A stretch of DNA of 64,000 nt, taken from the NCBI GenBank assembly GCA_014728035.1, contig WJMJ01000062.1, positions 1 to 64,000 of the forward strand, read 5' to 3'. Every line of letters starts with the position of its first letter. The first letter of the stretch is position 1. This document shows positions 57,295 to 64,000 of the stretch, piece by piece. Source of the DNA: Promethearchaeota archaeon (GTDB taxonomy: Archaea; Asgardarchaeota; Thorarchaeia; Thorarchaeales; Thorarchaeaceae). The notes under the pieces are model-generated. The model did no database searches. It had not been told where the DNA came from and worked only from the letters and a program-made list of their open reading frames with translations. Both the position numbers and the translations under genes were made by a program.

Positions 57295-58200
57295 ATGCGA
57301 GTGATTGATGCACACGTTCATACATGGTCGCGAGAAATAATTTCCAAGAAAGACCTTGATGCGCGAAGAATCTCTGCAAAAAGTTCTGGGATACAGCCTC
57401 AGCTTGATTCACCAGTAACGAATCTAGTAACAGCAATGAAACGTGCTCAAATTGAACGTGCGGTTATTCTTCCTATAGATAGTGGTCTCAACCAAGATAT
57501 GCCACTTTCATTACAAGAAAAGACGGACTGGCATGCTGACGAGGTCAAAGATGACGACTCGTTGATTTCATTTGTTGGATTGGATCCGAGAAGAGGAAAA
57601 GAGGGTCTCGAGGAGCTTGAACGTGCAGTAAGAGTGAAAAACTGCAAAGGTTGGAAAATGTATCCACCTAATGGATTCTATCCGGACAATGAAGATTTCT
57701 TCCCGTATTATGAACTTGCAGCTGAATTGAATATCCCAATTGTTATCCATCAAGGCTTTACTTCAAGATTCAAACATGTCAAATATGCAAGACCAGTCTA
57801 TGTGGACAAAATTGCAGCTGAATTCCCACAACTGAAAATCGTGCTTGCACATGTTGGAATGCCATGGGTTTCTGAGGCACTTATGGTTTCAGCTAAGAAT
57901 CCAAATGTTTCAGTTGATATATCTGGTTGGCAGATATTTGCCTCAAAGACTCCACATAAGTTGTATGAGATGATTGCAGAAGCCAAGCTCTGGCATGTGT
58001 TTCCAAATCGAGTGATTTGGGGAAGCGACTTTCCCCTATTTGAATACGCAATGCGTTTAGAAAAATGGGTGAAGTATTTTGCAAACTTGAAAATGCCTGA
58101 TTCATTCCTAGACCGCGGATATCAACAGATAACATCCGAGGAAATTGAGATTGTGATGTGGAAAAATGCTGCAAGATTATTCTTTGGTGAAAATATATGA
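57295..58200 (+). CDS. Amidohydrolase_2 family metallohydrolase
   Basis: IDAHVH, GWKMYP, VIHQG, LAHVG, WGSDFP. Confidence 0.9.
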   Translation: MRVIDAHVHTWSREIISKKDLDARRISAKSSGIQPQLDSPVTNLVTAMKRAQIERAVILPIDSGLNQDMPLSLQEKTDWHADEVKDDDSLISFVGLDPRRGKEGLEELERAVRVKNCKGWKMYPPNGFYPDNEDFFPYYELAAELNIPIVIHQGFTSRFKHVKYARPVYVDKIAAEFPQLKIVLAHVGMPWVSEALMVSAKNPNVSVDISGWQIFASKTPHKLYEMIAEAKLWHVFPNRVIWGSDFPLFEYAMRLEKWVKYFANLKMPDSFLDRGYQQITSEEIEIVMWKNAARLFFGENI

Positions 58201-58697
58201 AACGATTCTTTGTTGACGCAATGCTTGGAAAAGTTGCAATCTGGCTAAGATTGACCGGACATGATACGAGATTTAATCCAGACATTCACGATGATGAAAT
58301 TCTTGAGATTGCAAGTGTAAAAGACCGGATTATCCTTACAAGCGATGAGGAATTAGTTTCAAGAGCGGATGCCAGAAACATAAGATCACATTTAGTGCGA
58401 GGAAGTGTTGATTCAAGAGTAGCTGAAATATTTCGAAAGTTCAATATTTCTACCAACATAGACCCTGAAATCTCCCGATGCACAAAATGCAATGGTGAAC
58501 TTAGGAAGATTGATTCAGAAAAGAAAGCCCAAATCAAAGATATGGTCAAACGTGGAACTTATGAGAATCATGAACTCTTTTGGTTATGCAAACAATGCGG
58601 TTCCATATTCTGGGAAGGAAGTCACTGGAAAAACATGGTGCAATACATGAAAAGGATTACCAAATTACTTGCAATCGAATTTAATCATGATAGTTAA
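58197..58697 (+). CDS. Mut7-C PIN-like RNase domain protein
   Basis: FFVDAMLGK, WLRLTG, ILTSD, RCTKCNG, CKQC..FWEGSH. Confidence 0.9.
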   Translation: MKRFFVDAMLGKVAIWLRLTGHDTRFNPDIHDDEILEIASVKDRIILTSDEELVSRADARNIRSHLVRGSVDSRVAEIFRKFNISTNIDPEISRCTKCNGELRKIDSEKKAQIKDMVKRGTYENHELFWLCKQCGSIFWEGSHWKNMVQYMKRITKLLAIEFNHDS

Positions 58698-59147
58698 TTA
58701 TTCTGCTTCAACCTTGATGTCATAACTAATAGGAATACAATCCTTTGTTGACCGTGTAAGTGGACAATACTTCTTTGCCTGTTCAATACATCTTTCAGCG
58801 AGATACAAGTCATCTTCTGGAACAACCAGCTTTCCAGACACCTCAAATTGTGATACCGAGTAACCAGCGCCGTCAAATTGTACTAAGAGTTTTCCTTCAA
58901 GATTGAATGTAATAATTTCTAAATTTGACATTCGTTGGATGTCTAAAAATGTATTATTAATACAACCCAAGATTCCAGCAATGAACAACCGATACGGACA
59001 TAATCCCTGTCCCCGTCCACCATAAACTTCAGGGGTGTCAAAAACGAGTTCACCGTTTTTGAGAAACGCAATGCCGCCAGTCTTACCATCCCATTCCGTA
59101 CGAGCCTTATACTCCATTTTCTCAGGATACCTAGACTTGACTTTCAT
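58698..59147 (-). CDS. OsmC/Ohr family protein
   Basis: DTPEVYGG, ILGC...F, AKKYCP. Confidence 0.85.
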   Translation of the reverse strand: MKVKSRYPEKMEYKARTEWDGKTGGIAFLKNGELVFDTPEVYGGRGQGLCPYRLFIAGILGCINNTFLDIQRMSNLEIITFNLEGKLLVQFDGAGYSVSQFEVSGKLVVPEDDLYLAERCIEQAKKYCPLTRSTKDCIPISYDIKVEAE

Positions 59148-59258
59148 GATACGATCCTCAAATGACGGTTGGTTATTTGAACCATAAGCATTTTGGTAAA
59201 GAAAATAATCAGCAAGTCATTTAAACCATTCAGAAAGAACAAAGTTGGATGTGGTTTA

Positions 59259-60302
59259 ATGTCTCGCAAAATGATGGCTGCTATGTTTCATGACATAGGT
59301 GATGTTAGATATGAAGAAACGGACATCCCTGAAATAGGTCCACGAGAAATCTTAGTGAAGATCAAAAAAGCACTGACCTGTGGAACAGATGTCAAGACTT
59401 ACAAGAGAGGACATCCACTTTTACTCAGAAATCCTCCAGCTCTATTTGGACATGAATATGCTGGAATTATCGAAGAGATTGGAAAAGAGGTCAAGAACTT
59501 TGAACCTGGAATGAGAGTTGTTGCAACCAACTCAGCACCATGTGGAAGTTGCTTTTTTTGCAAAAGAAATAGACCAAATCTTTGTCAGCAGTTAAAAAAC
59601 ACATTTGTGAATGGCGCATTTGCAGAGTACATTCGTGTCCCTGAAGCCGTAGTAAAATGGAACACACATCAGATTCCCGACTCGCTTGCATTTGAGGAGG
59701 CTGCATTGACCGAACCACTTGCTTGTGTTGTTCACGGAATAGAAGAAGCAAATATAGAACTTGGAGATACGGTAGTAGTTATTGGTGCAGGCCCCATAGG
59801 ACAGATGTTGATGATGCTTGCAAAGAAGAGTGGGGCATCAACAGTCATAGCATCAGATCTAGCAGAATTACGACGCAACATGGCAAAGAAGGCCGGAGCA
59901 GATATTGTAATAGACCCTGCTGAAGAAGACCCTATTGAGCGAGTAAAGGAAGAAACTTCAGGATATGGAGCTGATGTTGTCATAGAAGCAGTAGGACTTC
60001 CCACTACATGGGAACAAGCTGTTAAGATGACTCGCAATGCGGGAATGACGGTTTTATTTGGAGGTGCAGCATCAGGCACAAAATTTGAAATAGACACGGT
60101 TAGATTTCATTATGGGCAGCTGACGATAAAGGGTGTATTCCATCTTACTCCAAAACATGTTGAACAAGCTCTAAATCTAATAATTTCTGGATCTATAAAG
60201 CCAGAGATATTGATTACTCATGAGATGCCGCTCCAGAAGATAACTGAAGCAATAGAAATGATGGGTTCTGGAAAAAGTATGAAGGTGGCAATCAAACCGT
60301 GA
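59259..60302 (+). CDS. Zn-dependent medium-chain alcohol dehydrogenase (threonine/sorbitol DH-like)
   Basis: CGTD, GHEYAG, CGSCFFC...C, EPLAC, GAGPIG. Confidence 0.92.
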   Translation: MSRKMMAAMFHDIGDVRYEETDIPEIGPREILVKIKKALTCGTDVKTYKRGHPLLLRNPPALFGHEYAGIIEEIGKEVKNFEPGMRVVATNSAPCGSCFFCKRNRPNLCQQLKNTFVNGAFAEYIRVPEAVVKWNTHQIPDSLAFEEAALTEPLACVVHGIEEANIELGDTVVVIGAGPIGQMLMMLAKKSGASTVIASDLAELRRNMAKKAGADIVIDPAEEDPIERVKEETSGYGADVVIEAVGLPTTWEQAVKMTRNAGMTVLFGGAASGTKFEIDTVRFHYGQLTIKGVFHLTPKHVEQALNLIISGSIKPEILITHEMPLQKITEAIEMMGSGKSMKVAIKP

Positions 60303-60718
60303 TTTTTCACGGAGGAAGAAAGCTTAGAGATAATGAGAGAAAATTGATTGACCTTCTTTCTGAAATAGATAAGAAATACAACAAGCCATTGATTATCGTT
60401 GAAGGAAAAAGGGACAAGAGAGTATTGAGAGATTTTGGGATTAAAAGTCCGATTTTTCGCACTCAAGGGCCTCTTGCCAGACCGGAACTTGTTGATGAAA
60501 TTGTAGAACATTCGCAGGGAAGACCAATACTCATTCTTACAGACTTTGATGATGAAGGGGTAGAGATATGCCACTTTCTTGAGAGAGAGCTTGAAATTAG
60601 AAAGATCAAGATACTAAGGAAACTTCGACGGACAATTCGGAAGCTGATGAGAGATCTTAGATGTATAGAAGAACTGGTATTTCTCTTTAAACATAAAGAC
60701 TCACCAACACCAGAATAG
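60299..60718 (+). CDS. Small toprim domain protein (RNase M5/UPF0292-like)
   Basis: IIVEGKRD, LTDFDDEG. Confidence 0.88.
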   Translation: MIFHGGRKLRDNERKLIDLLSEIDKKYNKPLIIVEGKRDKRVLRDFGIKSPIFRTQGPLARPELVDEIVEHSQGRPILILTDFDDEGVEICHFLERELEIRKIKILRKLRRTIRKLMRDLRCIEELVFLFKHKDSPTPE

Positions 60719-60722
60719 ACTA

Positions 60723-62540
60723 TCACAGTTCATCATTTTTCTCCAATCTGTTTGGGACTGCAATATCGTATATCCGAAAGGCACGTTCAATCAAAAGCAT
60801 GGCAGGTAATGAGAAAAGCAATAGATATGTCCCGACCCCAATATCAATGCCAAGATTGGCTCCAAAAATCACAAAGTAGCTGTAGAAAAGTGTGAGCAGT
60901 CCCACAAAAATCAAGATTAATGGAACCCAAATTAGAACTGTTAATTTCATTGGTAAGTTATGCCTGAATGCAGAAAGTGCGTAAATGAAAGATATTGCAA
61001 TAATCATGCTGGGAATGAACCATCCGTCCAATCCAAAAAGAATTCCATACTGTTCGATGAACTCTAACATAGCAACTTCTGTTCGCTCTGATATGCTAAA
61101 GAAAGGTAAAACAAAACCACCAATTATCATAATTAAACCAAAATGGATAGGAATCTCTCGGATAATTCGTTTCTTTGTTGGACGCCAGGAATCATTGGCA
61201 ATAATGACGGATAATAGCCCAATCGAAAGGAGTAATGCTACAGGAATGTAAATAGAACCAGCAAGTCCAGAAACAACGGAAGAGGTGTATAGAATACTGT
61301 CTGCCTCATCAATAGAAACAAAGAATGATACCCTACCAACCTGAAAGGGTAAAATTTCTGTACTGTATCCATCATTTGTCTTCTCCATTTTTTGTCTGTT
61401 CCACACCGAACCAGGAGTACTAGCTCTCCACCAAACAGTCAGATTGGTCTCAATATTCGTTTCAACGTGTACATCTAAAATAACACCATAAAGAGTTAGA
61501 TTCTGAGTGAAAGACACTTCTACCGAAATTTGGGGAGTATCATCAACGAACTCTCTATTTAGCCAGTCAATAATTGTAGGTGTCCAGAGGTCAGTGACCG
61601 TGTGAGTCCAGCCAGGTTGAATTCGTAAAGATAATGGTGCTGATATTTTTTGTATAGTATCAATAAATGATGCTAACGGAAAGTACTGATCATCTGTTCC
61701 ACACATGAAGAGAACAGGTTCGGATAGTTGAGTAACATAAGCAATCGGGTCGAACCATTGAATTATTTTATCGATGTTTTCAGAGGGAAGTTCATAGTCG
61801 GGTACGATTACAGTGTTAAGAACAGAACCAGCAATGAGGCTGTTTTTGAAGTTTCCAGCTGCAATCATTGGTATCGAGCCATCTACACGTTCATCGATAG
61901 CCGAGAGAATCATGGTTTCAATAGAGCCCATTGATACGCCTCCAACAACAGTTGAACTAGAATCAACGTAAGGTAAAGATTCGATAAACGTCATTGCACG
62001 GGCGGCTGCCCAAACAGAACGGTAAAGATGAGTGTTTTCAGGCCCATCTGTAATATTGAAAAAAGTAAAGGGGTTAAGAGGTGGGCCTGTTGAATCTCCT
62101 GAACCAGGTGCGTCAGTTCCAAGTACCACAAATCCAGCTGACGCAATTTTCCGCATAATATTCAGGTAATCAGAATATCTACCATGATATCCATGTAGAA
62201 AGAGCAAGCAAGGTAATGGATTTGATATACTAGCGGGTCGTATCAGTATCGAGTTGATACGAATAGAATCACCCGAGTAATTTTCGCTGAAATATGTGAA
62301 CCGCCATTCAATCAAAGAAGTATCATTTTCTATTGAAGACGAATTGGATATCTCTTCAATATGTAACGGATCTGAAATTGCATCTGACAAGTCCCAATAA
62401 TTCGTATAGAATTCATCAGGTGGTGGTGGTTCTGATAGGGAAGTGGGGAATTGATAAAATACTGCTAGTAATACCGAGGTCAGACTACTTGTAAGAATTG
62501 TGATCAATAGAATGACTAGGAGAGCAATCTGACGATTCAT
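60723..62540 (-). CDS. Membrane-anchored alpha/beta hydrolase (acetyl-xylan-esterase-like) with C-terminal multi-TM region
   Basis: N-terminal TM, LHGY, GVSMG nucleophile elbow, GTDDQYF, WTH; about 5 C-terminal hydrophobic helices. Confidence 0.8.
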   Translation of the reverse strand: MNRQIALLVILLITILTSSLTSVLLAVFYQFPTSLSEPPPPDEFYTNYWDLSDAISDPLHIEEISNSSSIENDTSLIEWRFTYFSENYSGDSIRINSILIRPASISNPLPCLLFLHGYHGRYSDYLNIMRKIASAGFVVLGTDAPGSGDSTGPPLNPFTFFNITDGPENTHLYRSVWAAARAMTFIESLPYVDSSSTVVGGVSMGSIETMILSAIDERVDGSIPMIAAGNFKNSLIAGSVLNTVIVPDYELPSENIDKIIQWFDPIAYVTQLSEPVLFMCGTDDQYFPLASFIDTIQKISAPLSLRIQPGWTHTVTDLWTPTIIDWLNREFVDDTPQISVEVSFTQNLTLYGVILDVHVETNIETNLTVWWRASTPGSVWNRQKMEKTNDGYSTEILPFQVGRVSFFVSIDEADSILYTSSVVSGLAGSIYIPVALLLSIGLLSVIIANDSWRPTKKRIIREIPIHFGLIMIIGGFVLPFFSISERTEVAMLEFIEQYGILFGLDGWFIPSMIIAISFIYALSAFRHNLPMKLTVLIWVPLILIFVGLLTLFYSYFVIFGANLGIDIGVGTYLLLFSLPAMLLIERAFRIYDIAVPNRLEKNDEL

Positions 62541-62565
62541 ATGTTATGCTCCAGTTATGGTTATA

Positions 62566-63588
62566 CTAGATAGTACTACCACAGTTGGAGCAAATGAACT
62601 TACCTGCTGGAATTTCTTTTCCACATACACGACATGTACGCGATTTCTTAGATACCGCAATTTCGGTCTCATCGCCTTTTCGAGGTATCAAGATGAAGCG
62701 GTCATCTTCCCAACTTATCTTGAATTCTTCAGGATTTCCAGCTAACTCAAGTAAATCTGTTGGCATAGGTAATCGATAATTGTTATCTAGTTTGATGATA
62801 CGAGTCGTATCCAACGTATCAAGATCGATACCCGTTTGGTGAAATCCAGATATGATTCCATCTCGAATCTCAACTGTTACATCTGCTTTTGATGCAACTT
62901 GTTGACTATGTGTGACAATAAAGAATGAAGTACCAAGAGTTTCGTTCAATTCTTTGAAAAGTTCAAGAATTCGTTCTGCTGTTTCAGGATCTAAGTCGCC
63001 TGTAGGCTCATCACAAAGGACCAGACCCTTGCTTTCTGTATCGATTAAATTCACAAGAGCACTAGCAATTGCGATTCTAGAACGTTCTCCACCACTGAGA
63101 GTTGTGACTTTGTTTCGTTTTCTCTCTTCCAGTCCAACAAGTTTGATAAGCCGATCAACTCGTTCTTGTCGAACTTTTCTGGGCACCCCTGCTATCCGAG
63201 CAGCTAGTTCCACATTCTGCCACGCATTTAGGTGGGGAAGAAGATTAGCAACTTGAAAAATGAAACCAATGAAGTTTCTCCTAGCCTCAGTTAGAACACG
63301 TTCACTAATCTTAGTAATGTCTGATCGGAGATTAGCCCAGTAGACTTTTCCAACGGTTGCTTTTGTGATACCACCAATGATGTTTGTAAGTGTTGTTTTG
63401 CCTGAACCAGATGGGCCAACCACACACATGATTTTCCCTTCTTGAATTTGGATAGATACACCACTCAATGCAACCGTTTCCAGTTCAGCGGTCTTGTAGA
63501 TCTTATAGACGTTATCACAACTGACTACAATATCATCAGCGTAATCAGAATATAGGTCTAGTTCATCACTTACGGTCATAGGAGGCAC
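62566..63588 (-). CDS. LolD/MacB-type ABC ATPase with C-terminal AbrB-like and Zn-ribbon extension
   Basis: GPSGSGKT, LSGGE, DEPTGDLD, VTHS; LDNNYRLPMP; CRVC...CSNC. Confidence 0.9.
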   Translation of the reverse strand: MPPMTVSDELDLYSDYADDIVVSCDNVYKIYKTAELETVALSGVSIQIQEGKIMCVVGPSGSGKTTLTNIIGGITKATVGKVYWANLRSDITKISERVLTEARRNFIGFIFQVANLLPHLNAWQNVELAARIAGVPRKVRQERVDRLIKLVGLEERKRNKVTTLSGGERSRIAIASALVNLIDTESKGLVLCDEPTGDLDPETAERILELFKELNETLGTSFFIVTHSQQVASKADVTVEIRDGIISGFHQTGIDLDTLDTTRIIKLDNNYRLPMPTDLLELAGNPEEFKISWEDDRFILIPRKGDETEIAVSKKSRTCRVCGKEIPAGKFICSNCGSTI

Positions 63589-63693
63589 GATATTTCTTCC
63601 AGTGGATTCATCAGATAAGGGTTTTGAACTGCGCTAAAGATTGGCTTTGTAATAATGTAGTGAAAAACACAGCATGAAAGAAAAAGGATAGGT

Positions 63694-63718
63694 CTGAGAG
63701 GAGTAAGATTCCTCTCAG
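63694..63718 (-). terminator. Hairpin plus U-tract after the permease gene
   Basis: CTGAGAGGA...TCCTCTCAG 9-bp stem followed on the minus strand by CCTTTTTCTTTC. Confidence 0.6.
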
Positions 63719-63728
63719 CACAAGTTAA

Positions 63729-64000
63729 CTAGAGATTTCGCAATGCTGTGGCAGGATTGACTTGTCCGGCTCTACGAGCTGGTATGTAACAACTAGCAAT
63801 CATGACGAAACTTTCCAAAGATAATGTTACAATCATCATGCTTAGAGGGAATGAAAGTACTTCTCCAAGGATTGGTGAGAATGGAGATACTCCTAGAGTC
63901 AGAATAGCCATCACATATCCGAAAACCAAACCAAGAATTGCACTAATGGCAATAGCTGCAATCACGATACCAGAGAACTCTCCAAAGACCATTGATACAA
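63729..64000 (-). CDS. FtsX-like ABC permease, C-terminal fragment (starts outside the window)
   Basis: ...GE...TM helices...YIPARRAGQVNPATALR. Confidence 0.85.
   Translation of the reverse strand, partial: VSMVFGEFSGIVIAAIAISAILGLVFGYVMAILTLGVSPFSPILGEVLSFPLSMMIVTLSLESFVMIASCYIPARRAGQVNPATALRNL

Overview
Archaeal genomic DNA, most likely an Asgard archaeon of the Thorarchaeia type. This is inferred from archaeosine genes, archaeal TPI, class V FBP aldolase/phosphatase, ABCE1, a box C/D sRNA and a 24-aa LRR protein. The left half (1-~32.3 kb) is an accessory-looking locus. It holds one uninterrupted 29.9-kb ORF (9,975 aa) encoding a membrane-tethered modular surface protein with a ~1,300-aa 'cytoplasm-like' charged insert and a hydrophobic Gly/Ala-rich C-terminus. 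A membrane-protein gene starts 1 nt after its stop codon, an LRR gene runs divergently, and a frameshifted ABC-2 permease relic marks the right edge. The best new-system candidate is therefore a giant adhesin or contact-dependent effector with a cognate partner gene. The right half is mostly housekeeping: arcS/RaSEA, an Hrq1-type helicase, two thioredoxins, two tRNA-Arg, tpiA, fbp, udp, ABCE1, PHP, Mut7-C, OsmC, ADH, toprim and an ABC transporter. It also contains a photocobilin-like (bilin-globin + B12) sensor with a histidine kinase, a possible mu-homology-domain protein, an unannotated box C/D guide RNA, structured 5' leaders on tpiA and fbp, two apparent pseudo-enzymes, and a Cys-to-Glu change in the ABCE1 Fe-S domain. 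All calls come from motif recognition by eye; no database searches were run.
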